A stretch of DNA of 64,000 nucleotides, taken from contig OY253681.1 in assembly GCA_958009085.1 (NCBI GenBank), positions 806,001 to 870,000 of the forward strand. Direction: 5' to 3'. Both the position numbers and the translations under genes were made by a program. Below the pieces are notes generated by a model. That model saw only the letters and a list, made by a program, of their open reading frames with translations. It had not been told where the DNA came from and ran no database searches. This stretch comes from Protoeuglena noctilucae. Lineage: Eukaryota. This document shows positions 1 through 13,042 of the stretch, in pieces (positions within the stretch are counted from its first letter, which is position 1; each line of letters opens with the position of its first letter).

Positions 1-6
1 GGCGGA

Positions 7-900
7 GTGTACTCGGTGGCCTTCTCCGCGGACGGGCGGTTTTTGGCGAGTGTGTCTGGGGACAAGACGGTCAAGCTGTGGAACGCGGCGAGGAGGGAGC
101 CTATATGCACTCTGTCCGGGCACTCAAAGTCGATTACCTCGGTGGCCTGCTCCCCCGACAGGCGGTGGATAGCCAGCGCGTCCGACGACAGCAAGGTCAA
201 CCTGTGGAATGCGGCAACGGGGGAGCTTGTGCGCACGCTGTCTGGGCACTTGGACTGGGTGCGCTCGGTGGTTATCGCCCCTGACGGGCAGTGGGTGGCG
301 AGCGGATCCGATGACAGGACGGTCAAGCTGTGGAGCGCGGAGACGGGGGAGCTCGTGCGCACGCTGTCTGGGCACTCGTTGTCGGTGACCTCGGTGGCCT
401 TCTCCCCCGATGGGCAGTGGGTGGCGAGCGGGTCGTGGGACCACACGGTCAAGCTGTGGAACGCAGCGACGGGCCAGCTCGTGCGCACGCTGTCCGGGCA
501 CTCGGGCGGGGTGAAGTCAGTGGCGTTCTCCCCTGACGGGCGGTGGGTGGCGAGCGGTTCCGATGACAGGACGGTCAAGCTGTGGAACGCGGGGACTGGG
601 GCAACTAGCTGGTGGTGGTACTGGGCAGTCAAGCTGTGGAATGCGGCGACGGGGGGGCTCCTGCGCACGCTGTCTGGGCACTCTGAGTGGGTGCACACGG
701 TGGCCTTCTCACCCGACGGGCAGTGGGTGGCGAGCGAGTCTGGGGACAACACGGTCAAGCTGTGGAACGCCGCGACGGGGCAGCTCGTGCGCACGCTGTC
801 TGGGCACTCGCTGTCGGTGACCTCAGTGGCTCTCTCCCCCGACGGGCGGTGGGTGGCGAGCGGGCCATGGGACAACACAACCGAGATCTGGGGGCCGTGA
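7..900 (+). CDS. WD40-repeat protein, C-terminal part (5' end lies outside the window), with highly similar ~42-aa repeats
   Basis: About seven repeats of GH..V.SVAFSPDG.WVASGS.D.TVKLWNA.TG.LVRTLS. No intron seen; TGA at 898-900. Confidence 0.9.
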   Translation: MYSVAFSADGRFLASVSGDKTVKLWNAARREPICTLSGHSKSITSVACSPDRRWIASASDDSKVNLWNAATGELVRTLSGHLDWVRSVVIAPDGQWVASGSDDRTVKLWSAETGELVRTLSGHSLSVTSVAFSPDGQWVASGSWDHTVKLWNAATGQLVRTLSGHSGGVKSVAFSPDGRWVASGSDDRTVKLWNAGTGATSWWWYWAVKLWNAATGGLLRTLSGHSEWVHTVAFSPDGQWVASESGDNTVKLWNAATGQLVRTLSGHSLSVTSVALSPDGRWVASGPWDNTTEIWGP

Positions 901-1242
901 TGAGTGGACAGGAAGCCCCTGCTGCGTTTGTTCGATCCCTGTGCTGCTACGGCGCTGCCTCTTCATAAGCAAGCGGTCGCCCAACTGTGCAGAGCAAACT
1001 CCTTCTCACAGCCATAGGGGTCCGTTGAACCGCACCGCGGCTCGCATCGCAACGCCACCAACCATTAACAAAGAGCCACCGAACAACCGCAACCGCACCA
1101 GCCTTACACGCACGCACACAGGTTCCATGTGCCGTGCATGTGCCGTGCCCTCTCGAGCGCAAAGCACGCGCGCCCGGCGTCATCCCTCTCCGCGCATTCG
1201 AAACCCCGCTCATCTGCGCCGCCCGCGCAGCGCGGCGCTGCA

Positions 1243-2278
1243 TCAGTGGCTTGAGAGAGCGCCCCCAGTCTGCGCGGTCATGACATCAATCGTGTCCCCT
1301 TCCTCCAACTCCAGGCTGTGGGGGCTATCCGTCGGATTCACGGGCTGCGGGAGATCCAGATTTCTCGGCTTCGTCCCCGGCTCCGCGCGCAGGGCCCGCC
1401 AGCGCCACAGCTGCGCAGCCGCTCTCGCCTGCCCGTCAAACATGAAGCGGACCGTCGATTCCTCCTGAGCCATCTGCTCGCACCACTTCCTGATGATCTT
1501 CGAGAACGGAGTCGAGCGCTTGACCTTGAACGTCAACTCCTTGTTGTCCTGCGGGCGGAAAGAGGGCTCTGAGGTCCCACAAGCCGCGTGAGGTCCCTGC
1601 GCCACGAATCGCATAGTCCAGACGGTAGGTAGCCGCGTGAGGTCCCTGCGCCACGAATCGCAGAGTCCAGACGGTAGGTGCAACATTCAGGCGAGCAGCG
1701 CTGGGCGAAAGCCGGCCCCACGGCGGGAGGAAGCCCCAACGCCTCCCCGCGCCGTGCACGCTTTGCCCCGCAGCGCGACCTTCCACACGTGCGCAAAGCC
1801 AGGCGCGTGCATGCATTCCCGACCACTACGACAATCCACAGGAAGCACGGGATGCTGGGGCGGGTCAGCGCCGGGGTGCTGGAGCCGGGGGCCCGGCGCA
1901 CCGTGCTCCCTGCCCCGCTGGCATCCCAAGCGCCATCCGCGATCCCAAACACACCGAGACACCCAAACACACCGAGAGTCGCTGCCGAAACGAGGGCCCC
2001 AGTCGACGGATCTACGCGGGGATCGGCAGAGCGCAGAAAGCGCGGAGGGAAAATCACCCGAGGGTCGCCGGGGTGAACCAGTGGCTGCCCGACGATCCGA
2101 CGATCGGTAACCTCTCGATCGCATCGCGCAACATCCCGAGAAGATGGTCCTCGCGCGGTAGTGGCCCCGAGCACTCCATCCGTTCTCTGAAGCGCGCAGT
2201 CCAGCTCACCTGGGACTTGACCTTGATCTGAATATGCACCTCGCCGTCGGGTTTCACATCAGGCTTCTCCTCCGCCAT
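1243..2278 (-). CDS. SUMO: Small ubiquitin-like modifier (SUMO), 3 exons
   Basis: Exons MAEEKPDVKPDGEVHIQIKVKSQ | DNKELTFKVKRSTPFSKIIRKWCEQ...VRFMFDGQ | PVNPTDSP..LELEEGDTIDVMTAQTGG-ALSSH, with a di-Gly motif. Introns 2209-1549 (GT-AG) and 1428-1345 (GC-AG). Confidence 0.95.
1582..1679. repeat. 49-bp tandem duplication (2 copies, 1 mismatch) inside SUMO intron 1
   Basis: agccgcgtgaggtccctgcgccacgaatcgca(t/g)agtccagacggtaggt at 1582-1630 and 1631-1679. Confidence 0.95.
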
Positions 2279-2917
2279 CTTGACGCCGCGCGAGCCCCGA
2301 GGATACACCGGCAGCAGCCGCCCAGTACCGCAACGCACAGCGCAGTCAGTGGAATGGCAGTTGGGCCCGCCTGGGCCCCTCCATGGCAGCGCCATGACCT
2401 AGCATGACCTAGTTTCATGCGACTACCTGCCAGCTCCTTTGCGTGTTCTCGCTGCGCACACCCTCGCCAGTTGCTGCCATGGCACTGCGGAACTGTCATC
2501 TTTGCCTCTGTCGCGTACCAGAGCCCTGCACGGCCCCGAAAGCACGGGCCACCTGGCGCCCCGCGATGCGGAGGAACCGCGTGTCAATAAGCCGCTACGA
2601 CCCCTGAAGCGATTACTATAGTTGACCTTAGTTGCATCGCGGCGTCGCGCCCGTCACCGGTGCCGCCCATCGAGCACGGCAGGGTTGCCTGCGACCCACT
2701 GCAGGGTCCCCGCCCCTCGCGCGAGCGGGCTCCCTCGCCTCTCCGGGAATGCCCGCGAACGCTGCCAGCGAGGCCTCCTGGGGCCTGCTGCTGGGAACCC
2801 TCGCATCCACGACGCAGCGGCTGTCGGAGCGAAGGTGAGCCGCAGCTCGCCTGTGAGGGGCGATGCCGCGCGCGATGGGGCCCGTACCATGACCGCGACT
2901 CACCAGATACCTCAATC

Positions 2918-5900
2918 ATGCATAGAGGAAACCGTCACACCTGCGCGCGCCCCCGCAGCACGAGGAAAGCCAGCCTCCCGTCCCCTCCCGCTCCGACCCT
3001 GGAGTCCACCCTCGGCTGGCCCTCTCCGCCCCCCGCGCGGGCCTCCCCGCCGCCGCCGCGCGTCCCGATCGCCGACGCCGCACTCTTCCAGCCCCGTCCC
3101 GTGCGCTCCCACCTGGTCGACGAGCTGGAGGCGTTAAGGCGAGGGCCATGTGGTGTGCACACAGGCCACCCCTTACGGTTCCTGACCCAACCCTTCCCAA
3201 CCAACCTAACACGTTTCACAGGGACGACATGGTCGCCGAGGAGTGGGAGCGTTATCAGTCACAGCTGTTAGAGCAGTCTCAGCGACTGCAGCAGTCGACA
3301 TACCCCGACGCCGCATCGATGGCTGCTGGTGATGTGGTGACGGCGGAGGTGGCCGCACCGGGCATCGTCCGCGTCGAGTTCGGCGCAACGGACGCGCCCG
3401 CAACGTCCAGCCCGCAACGCCACCCGACCCACCCCAAAGAGTGGCCTGCTGCACTGCAACCCGACTCAGGCGCACCTGTCAGGGCAGAGGGTGGCAGTCC
3501 CTCGCGGGTGCGCGTCTCCTACAGCCCCGCTCCGGCGTCGTCCTCCCTGCCCGGCGATGCGACTCGCGGCCTCTCAGCCACCGCTGCCCCTGCCGCTGCT
3601 GCTAAGCGCCTCGCATCTGCAGAGGAGATGCCCCCGCCCCCACCACGCCTCCCCGCCCAAATGCCTGCGTGAGTGTCGCAACCCCGCTCGCTTGCTGCGT
3701 CACGATGCTCTTGCTGTCGGTAACTCCGTCATCACCGTCCATGCCTCACCAAGCATGCTTCAAATTCCCTTATCTCGCTCCCCCGCCGCAGTCAAGGCCC
3801 CGCGGCGCCCGTAGTGCGAGAGCTGTCCTTCTCTGGCGCCGCTCCCTCTGCACACGGTGAGCGTTGAATGGGGTGCATGGGGTGATGACATGTCGTGAGC
3901 GTAGCAGGCCGTCACCCTCACTCGCCCACCACCCCACCCACACCCACACCCTCATCACCACCCCCAGGCACCCCCACCGCATCTCACGCGCACCCCCCGC
4001 CCCTCTCGCCCCGCCAACGCCGCGCCATCGCCTCCGTCCAAGACGCCGTCCTCTCCGCGGTCCACGGGGGCCCATCGCCCTCTCACTCCGCCCACCGCGC
4101 CATCGACGCCATATCATCCAAGGAATATACTGACCCGGCCATTGCTAGAGATCGCCGATCCACGCAACAGGCCACCTCCCCGCGACGACTGCCCCCCGCG
4201 CCTCATCCCCGATCCCCACCCACAGCCGACGCCCCCCCGCGCCACCTCCCCGCCTCCGCCCCCGCCTCCGCCGCCGCCTCCCCCGCTCGGCCCACGCCCC
4301 ACTGGGCTCACCGCCCAGCCCAGGACTGGGGCTCTGACCCGGCAGGTCCCGGATCAAATCCCACCGACGTCGACCGGTCCCTTTTCAGCCCGGCGCACCG
4401 CCCCGTGCTCTCCCCGAGAGCCGCCCGGGACGCCGAGAGGCCTCCAGGCAGCGCCTACGGAGCAGGGCCGCACCCGGGGCCTCACTACACCACCCGCACG
4501 CCCCTTGCTGCCAGCATGACTGCCCACGCGTCCGCCCACACTGCGGCGCCGCTTCCGGACGCAAGCCTGCTCGACTCCCGGCGCCCCGCGTCGCACGGAG
4601 GGGGCCGCTGGACGTTGGGTGCGCCCCCCTCGCCGGTGCGGGGTGCGACGGGTGCGGACGTCGGGGCGCGGTCGCTGCTGGAGACGCCCCGGTGGCGCAT
4701 GGAGAACGTGCGGCGCATTCTGAACGAGATCCGGCGGCGGCCGGGGTCGGGAAGCCACTACGGTGCGACGCCGTCGCGCGGTGGGGCACGGCCGACGTCG
4801 GCACCCACGTCGCCACTCCGGGTGGCAGCGTGGGCACGCGTACGCCTCCCCCCACCCCCCACGCCCGCCACGCCGCTGCTGGACGCGGTCCTGCGCAATG
4901 TGGCGCCCTATGCCACCCCCGGCAGCCACGCCCGCTCAGATGCGTATCTGGGGCATGACGACAACGCACACTCGGCAGTGCCTGTGCCGTCAGCAACTGC
5001 GTCCTTCGATGCGCTGCGCCGGCCGAGGTCGCCGATGGAGTCGCTCGTGGGGCGGGACGTGCGCAGGGATCCCCCGACGCGGCCCGTCGGGGAGATCATT
5101 GAGGTGAGGAGGGTGTGCTTGGATGGGACCACAAGTGGTGTTGCCAGGGGTTGCCACTGACCCATCCCTGCATGCTCTCACGCATCACCCTGCTATCATA
5201 TATATCCATTCTGACCTCTTTCGCACCCTACCTCACCTCCCGCAGGACGGCTACGACTCCCCCAGTCGGTCCGGCGCCCCCCTCGCCTCCCCGCCACCCA
5301 CGGCTGTCCTCCTGCCCCCACCGTCGCCCCAGCAACTCCACCCGTCGTCTCCTGGCCGCTCTTACGACCCCACCAGCCTCGCCGTCGCCTCGCAGCCCCC
5401 CTCGCCACCCTCCGCTTACACTGGCGACCCACGCGCCTTGACCTCGACCCACGACCCGCACCCCACGCAACCAGCCCCGACGTCTCCTGGCTTCCGCCGC
5501 CATCGCGACCTGTTCTCCGTGACCCTGGAGCGCACCGTGGCCGCCGCAACGTCCCCAGTCCGCGTGTCCTACAGCCCCACCGCACCTTTGACAAACACCG
5601 GTTCCGGGGTTGGGTCCGGGGTAGCAGGGGTAGCGGGGGCGGCCTATGCTGGCCCTGGGTCGCCGCGCGCGGCTTACGAGAGCAATAGCACCGCTTGGCG
5701 GGGCTCTGGTTACGGCGCTGTGCCGGCAGCGGGGGTGCCTGGGAGTGCGGCGGTGATGGCGACACCGGGGGCGATGGGGAGAGAGTCGAGAGCACTCTAC
5801 ACCCCCGCTGGCGGTAGTATTGGGGCCGGAACCGGGGTGGCACGGAGCGCGGCGACTGTGGCGATGAGCGCTGCCGATGCGCGTGCGGGGCTGGCGAGCG

Positions 5901-5974
5901 GGCAGTCGCGGATGCGCGTGCTTCGCGACACGCTGGCTGAGATCCGGAGCCCGGTGCGCAGCATACGGCGGTGA
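2918..5974 (+). CDS. Hypothetical Pro/Ser/Ala-rich, largely disordered protein, multi-exon (start uncertain)
   Basis: Open frames are linked by splice sites, e.g. GC-AG intron 3139-3221 joins LEALR|DDMVAEEWERY. Internal repeated motif RVSYSP; TGA at 5972-5974. No recognisable domain. Confidence 0.55.
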
Positions 5975-6375
5975 TGCTGGTGTGTGTTTAGGGACGTAAC
6001 AGCTGATTGGGAAACTAGGATTGATCGCATAGACGTAAGGGCCATGTTTTGAATCCAATAGCTGTCTCAACAGCTTGTGAGGAGTGGCTTATGCTGAGCC
6101 TGGGTGACTGCAATGTGCCGATGAGATGGCTGCCAATGAGCTTGGTGTGACAGAGATGTGCTAGTAAAGTGCAATGCCATATGATAAGCAAAAGGAAACC
6201 CCCACCCCACAACGGAGCGTCGTGATGGGCTGCCCACCACCACAGCACTGGGCTGTCCAATTATCCAATTCCCCCTCGTAGCGACACCTCACATGCACCC
6301 CACCACCTGCTGCACCCACGCCGCACCCTCCCACCCCCTCCCTCCCCACCCCATCCACACCCACTCACTCCCCCC

Positions 6376-7291
6376 TCATGCCACGTAGTCGACATACGGC
6401 GCCCGGTGCACCCACTCCTTCCGGCTGAGCTCCTCAAAGGCGAACTGCGCCAGATCGGCGTAGGAGACGCGCTTGCGGGGCACGTGGCTCACCGCATGGA
6501 GCTTGCCCTGGGGTGCGGCCGGGAGAGCAGGAGGGGTGACAGCAAGGTCGATCCAGGCAAGCGGGCACATTGCGCTGTATGTCCTGTGACATGTTCAGCA
6601 AGTACTAGTACAACTGAGTACATCCCACTCCTCTCCTAACTCCTCTCTGCTCGCCTTCGACCCCAGGTGCGCAGGCCGCCCAGTGCGTAGGGTGGTCCAG
6701 TCGATGTCAGAGCACTCGTTGGTGAGCAGCTGGATGGCCTTGTCGTCATCGGCCACGGCCTCGTCGATGCCCATGAGAGGGGCCACGAGCACCAGAGCCA
6801 CCTTGGCCACCAAAGGGAGGTCCCAGAAACTCTCGTTAGGGCCCGCGCTCAGGGAGCCGGCCTGGAACAGGAACCGCGAACAGCCCACGCGGCGGCAGCA
6901 CTGCACGATCTGCGGGACGATTGAAAAAGCTCGGATCGGATGACCAAGCGGGAGTAGGGGCGCGGCGGGCTTTGTATGGACGCCCTGCCCCTTGCGGCTG
7001 CACCTGCGTCACCAATTCGAGCTTGCTGACGTGACGCTCCTCCTCCTCGTCGCCGGAGAAGTACACGACGGCATCCGTGCCCTCTCGAATGGCATCGCGC
7101 ACCTCCTCGGCGTTCTCCAAGCGAATGGGTTCGCACGACAGCTCGCCCAGGTAGGGATCCCGCAGGCGGCTTTTAAATGCTTCTGGGTCGCGCGCGTACG
7201 CACGCACGTGCCACCTCTTGTCCGCAGCGAGCATCGCAAACTTCGCCGCGGTCTCGGATCCGCAGCCGAGGCAGATGATGGTGCGCTCCAT
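6376..7291 (-). CDS. NAD(P)-binding Rossmann protein, flavin reductase/biliverdin reductase B-like, 3 exons
   Basis: MERTIICLGCGSET...WHVRAYARDP; SDIDWTTLRTG; RVSYADLAQF; EWVHRAPYV. GC donor at 6654. Confidence 0.75.
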
Positions 7292-7756
7292 GCCGCCCGC
7301 TGTACAGAATCGAATAGGAACTGCAATCGCAATGAGTAGTCCTCTATTATGTAGACGAGGCGATCGAAGGGAGGAATGGCGTGTATGGGCGGCGCCAGGC
7401 TGGCCAAGAGAGCGGGCGCGCCCGGCACTGTGACCTGACGCTGCCTGCCAGCTGAGATGCAAGCCCGCGTCTCCTCCGACCTCCACTTCCTGTTGGCTAC
7501 CTCACAGCAATCGCGCACACTGTCGTTGGTCACAACCACGTCACGAACCAGCTCTCACGCAGTGACGGCATCGCAGAGCCGATGCTTGGCCCACGGCCAC
7601 CTGCGGATGCGGCGTTGTGACCCGCGATGCCATGGAGTGGCGCCGGCTCGCAGTCCCTCCAGCAGCGAAGGGGCGCTGCGGCGGTGTCCAAAACCGAGGC
7701 CGGCGGGCGGATGGAGGCGCGCGGGGCTCGCCGAGATCGCGTATCTGACAAGGGAC

Positions 7757-10700
7757 ATGTTGGAAGGTGCGCGACGCATCCCTACGCTTCTGCGCTCGAC
7801 GCGAGGGGCCTCACCCGCGGTTCGGTGACGCAAGCCTTCTTTGCCTCCACGGCGCCATTGAACGCGATGCCACCGCCTCGTTCGCCTCTCGACTCTTTTG
7901 ATGTGCGTGTTGAGTGCTTGTGCGACGACTCCGGCCCGTGGATGGCTTGGGAGAGGGGGCCAGGCAGTCGGGCGTAATCGCGCTCCCTGCGGCGCGCTAC
8001 CCGAGTAACTTTGCCCGGTCCTGGCAAGGCCATTGACATCTTCGCGAGATGCGCTCGCAGGGCATCCAACGGGCGCCGAAGTAGACCCGTCCGGCTGTTC
8101 GCGTGGCTGCACCAGTTCCTCGTCACCGTGCATGCCCTCTGGGCGTCTGTCGTCGGGTGGTTCGTCGACAATGTCATGCGTGAGTGCTCTGCGCTATGTT
8201 CTTCAGCTTCGACGCGAGCGGCGCACCGCGATCCTGCGGGGTTCCGCGCGTCGGCCCTGCCGAACGACACCCCACCATCTTCTGCCCTGTCGGCTTCGCG
8301 GGGATCGTTTCGTGCAGAGCAACTGAACTCACATGTCGCTGATCTTCCCGCAGACTCGGCGGAGGAGTATTCCAAGTCCGTCATGCGCGAGGCGTCGCAC
8401 CAGATGGCCCGCTGGGCCCACAAGGCTTCCTACTGGGCGGGCGCCCTCATGGGCGGCTCCGCCTACTCCGACAAGGTCATGGCGGAGTCCAAGCGACTCG
8501 ACGCGTGGCGCAAGTGGTGGAGCCGGCCCCGGATGTCGACCCTGAACGCTGTCCTCGACCGAGCCACGCCGCCCCACGCCCAACACTCCCGCCCGCCTCC
8601 CGTGCCCGTCCCGCCGCAACTTCCCCGCGACGTGGACCCGGACGACGCCCGTGCTCCCTCCCCAGCCGCGGGCGCGGACCTGTTCGAGCGGTCCGGGTGG
8701 TGGCAGGACCCCGGCAACCCGATGCATTCGCAGCGCTCGGGTCTGCTGGAGGACGTCAGGATCTCTCTGGAGGTGTTTCTCACGCGGGCTTTCCATCGCG
8801 CGCGGCTGCTTGTCCGCGCGCTGGCGCTCGCGCGGGGACAGGGTACCGGTGCGCACGGAGTCGACGATGGGGAGTCGGACGGGTGGACCTTCCCGGCCGA
8901 CGACATCAGCGGCGGCATTACTCCCGAGGCGCCCACGCCCGCGGGGCTCAGCCGCGTCGGGTCGCACCTCAGCCTGGGCCGGGCCAACTCAGGTGCGGCG
9001 GCGCATTGATAGCATCGCGCCATCATTCGAAGCGCAGCGCGCGGATCGGCCCGCCGGTCATTCTCGCGTGTCGCTTATATCTTTCTCCAACTCCTCGTCC
9101 CCCGCTGCGCCCGCAGAGCACGCCCTGCTGGCGCTGGGGATGGGCGGCACGCTCCCGACCAAGCCGCGGGCCTTACCGCAGCACCCTGCGCCCGGCCTGG
9201 CGCTGGACCGGCAGCTGAACCTGACGCGACTGAGCGAGCGCCTGACGCAGCTAAAGGAGGCGGGGGAGGGCAGCAGCGAGGGCAGCGACGCTGCGTCAAA
9301 CGGCGAAGGGGACGGCGCAGTGGGGCTGGCGGGGGCCCCGAGCCTCGCGGAGGCGCTGTTTGGGCTGCGGAGGAGCGGCGGGCAGTCGCAGTCGCGGCCG
9401 GCGGCGACGCCGGAGGGCCGCACGACCCCCACGGCCACGCCCAGAGGCGGACGCCCTGCAGCGACGGGAGCGGGGACGGGGGCGGGGCTGTCCCCCCGGG
9501 GCGCACCGGCGGGGCCGGAGGGGCCGCAGTCCGCAGGTCTGGCTCCGGCGCACTCGGGGCTTGGCGCGCGAGGGGCGGTTGGTGCGGTGCTGGGTGGGGC
9601 GGGCAGCGTGTCGCTGCGACGGAGCAGCAGCTTTGCGCGGGGCATTGGCGGCGGGGTGCCTGGCCGGGGAACGGCGGACGACGGGGCGCTGACGGGGCGG
9701 GAGGCGGCAGCGGGGAGCGTCGGGGGCGTGGGGCGGGGATCCTTGCGACGCACGCGGAGCTTCAGCAAGTTCGAGGCGAGTGTGGGTGTGTGGTTGTGTG
9801 GATGTGGGTATGGGTGGGTGACTGTGCATATGTGTACGTGGCTGTATGGCAAGCAACCTTCCCACCCCCCCCTCCCTGCTCTCACAGGACCTCCAGCGCT
9901 CCCCTCACTTGGCGGGCAAGTCCCCCGGCACCCCCGCCAAGGCTCTGGTGGAGCAAGCGGGTTATCCCTATGAGAGTTACGAGGTGGTGACCAGGGACGG
10001 GTACGTGTTGGCGTTGGAGAGGATCCCAAGGCCAGGGGCCAAGCGAGTGGTGGTGAGCGGCGGTGGGGTGGGGTGGGTGATGAGTGGGGGAGGGTGCTGG
10101 AGGGGTGTTGAGGGGCGGTCGGGAGAGGGGTGCCATGCATGCATGGGTGCGAGTGGGGGGGCTGCATAGTAAGACTATGCTGACTAGCTAACCTCTTGAT
10201 AGTACTAGTGTGCCGTCATGCGCGTCAACACGTGTCCTCGCCCTCCCCCACCAGTTCTTCATGCACGGCGTGATGGACACGTCGGTGGGGTGGGTGGCCA
10301 ACGGGCCCCAGAGGTCCCAGGCACTCGCGGCGTGGGACGAGGGGTACGACGTCTTTTTGGGAAACATGCGTAGCTCGCCCCCCTGGCTCAACGTGCACTA
10401 CTCCTACCGCAGCGCACGGTACTGGGCGTTCAACATCAACCACCTTGCCACGGGTGAGTGGGGAGTGGCACAGTGCATTTTTGGTTTGCGCAATAATGGG
10501 TACTTCATGAGCAAATGGGTTTGTCCCATGATGCCGGGTGCTGTTGCTCATCAAATCGATCCTGATCTTTTCCATCTCTCCCATCGCAGTGGACATGGAG
10601 TGCATGATTGACCGCCTCCACCAGGTCAAGTGCGCGGAGCTGGGCGTCTTGGACGTGGGCGAAGCACGGGCGTTTGAATCCCAACTGTCAGGCCTCTCCA

Positions 10701-13042
10701 CAGCGCCGTCCTGGGCAGCAGAAGCGGTGGGGCTGAAAAACATGGAGAGAGGGGAGGCGGGCGCAGCGGGGCAGCAGGCGCTGAGGGATCTGGGAGCGAG
10801 GGTGGCGGGCGAGGGGGCGGGGGGGGCGAGAAGCAAGGGACAGGGCACGGGGGTTGCAACGGGAGGTGTTACAAGTGGTGCGGCGGGGCAGCGTGCGCCG
10901 CGGCTATCGACACCCACCCCGATGTCCACACCAGCAGGCACCCCCCCACGGTCCCCACTCAAGCCCGGCATTGCGGCACGCGGTCGCGTCGACTCGAGCC
11001 CTCACACCACCCTCCCCGGCGCTGTCGGCGACGCGCGGGGCTCTCTGTGGGCCCCCGCGGGCGGGCAGAGCCTGGGTAGGCGTGGGGCAGGGGCGGCTGA
11101 GCAGGGCCGCGCCTCTGCCGGCGATGGGCACGGATCAACACCCCATGCGGGAGGTGGCGCCGCTTTACCCGCCACGCTCAGCGCGCGCGTGTCCCGCCGA
11201 TCTGGGGACGCCGCGCGAGCCCAGGGGTCGTTTGAGTTCCTGCCAGCCGGGTCCCAGAGTGGGCGCTTGTCTGGGGTGGAGGGGCGCGAGGGTGGCGGGG
11301 AGGGCAATGCGAAGGCCAAGTCGGAGGACTTTACCATGGTCGGGGCGCGGGGGCTGCGGGGCATGCCGCGGCGGGGGTTAGGGGTGCTGTGGGTGGTGGG
11401 GCTGGTGGGGCTGTGGGTGACGGCGGTGTGGGAGGCGGTGTGGGGGTGGGTGGCGGGGGTGCGGCGGTGGCTGGGGCTGGGGTGGGAGCCGGCAGCGAGC
11501 GGGGAAGCGGCAGCGGAGGGGAACGGGGGTGTGCCGACAGGGCAGAGGAAAGGGGTGGGGGTAGGGGCCGGTGGGGATGCGCCGGCACAGCCCTACACGC
11601 TGCAAGCCGTGGCTCACAGGCGAGGGGTGGGGAGGCATGAAGATGCGTCTTTGCTCATCTGCACTGCACGAACTGTGTACTGTGTTTGCTTATGTCCACC
11701 CCACCCCCTCTCTCCTCTGCAGCCTGGGTGGCATGTGCGTGCTCATGTATTGCGTCAACTGCGAGATGGAGGGGCGCCCGCACCGGTTCTCACGGCTGGT
11801 GCTGCTCAGGTGAAGGGCTGATGTGTTATGTCAAGGGTTGGTGCCGACCACCCCACCCCACCTTCCACCATAGCCCTCACCATAGCCCTCCCTTCACCCC
11901 CAATGCCCGCCACCCCATCTTCACCCAATCCCCCCCCATCTCCGCCCCCAGCCCCGCCGGCTTCCACGTCTACCTCAACGGCGGCATGCGCATCCTCCTC
12001 TCCCTCCTCCTCTGGGGCACCTGGTTCCTGCAGAGGGTCCTGCGCCAGAAACCACTCATGGGATTCCGGTGAGGATTCCATGGACATTCAGACTTGTTGG
12101 CAATCCAGTGTTATTTTTCAAATTTTGAGCATTGACGGTTGCACGAGATGCTCTGCAACCCCATAGGGCCGCCGTCATGCTTGCCACCCCACCTCCCCCA
12201 GGCAGTCATGTCGCTGATTCCCTAACAATCCATGCCATTGCCACCGTGTCTCTCACCTCACCTTATCCCCATCCACCTCCCCCGCAGCGTCCCCGCATCG
12301 TTCCTCCGCTCCCTGTTCTTCAAGCTGGCCCTCGACATCCACCGCATGCCCGCACTGCGGGAGCTGGTACGGCTCACGGCGGGGTGGCTGACGGGGAAGG
12401 ACGACTCGGACTGGGAGCGGGCGCTGCTCCTGCCGCACTTCCGGGACACCATGCCCGCCGTCAGGTGCGACGCACAGGAGGTGTTTTGCTAGATTGTGCA
12501 CCCACCCTGCCGTGTCGCCCTGGCCTCTCGTGGACCGCCGCTTGCAGCCACGCGATCCCAGCACTTCTCTCCTCTCTCCGCAGTCTTCTCACGGCCATCC
12601 ACTTCGCCCAGTGCCACCGGTCGAAGAGATTTCAAATGTACGACTACGGTCCCCGCATCAACTTCCAGATCTACGGCCAGCGCACGCCCATCGACGTCGG
12701 AGCGCAGTATTTCCGACTCAAGGTCCCCGTCGACCTCATCGCGGGAACGCGCGACGGCGTCATCACGCGAGAAAACATCCAGGCGAGCGCGACTGCAGTG
12801 ACGACCCAAGCGGTGCAGCAGACGTAATTCCGGCATCCTGCAGCGCGGGGAGAGCTTGGATACCAAGATTATGCTAATATTTGTACTTTCGTGTATCTCC
12901 GCAGGTGCACTTCAACCACATGTGGGAGCAGGGGGTCAAGGTTTCCTACAAGGAGTTTGATTTCGCGCACCTGGACTTCACGTTCGGCCTCAAGGAGGAC
13001 GCACAGCAGTACGTCATGTCGAGATTGAGGCTCTCCTCTTGA
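7757..13042 (+). CDS. Alpha/beta-hydrolase lipase (acid/triacylglycerol lipase family with AB-hydrolase-associated lipase region), multi-exon; start approximate
   Basis: AGYPYESYEVVTRDGYVLALERIP; FFMHGVMDTS.GWV.NG; GYDVFLGN.R; nucleophile motif AH-S-LGG across intron 11620-11722; FQMYDYG; FAHLDFTF. Confidence 0.88.

Noticed and set aside
1582..1679. CRISPR-like array
   Set aside because: Only two directly adjacent copies with no spacers, in a eukaryotic intron, and no cas genes.
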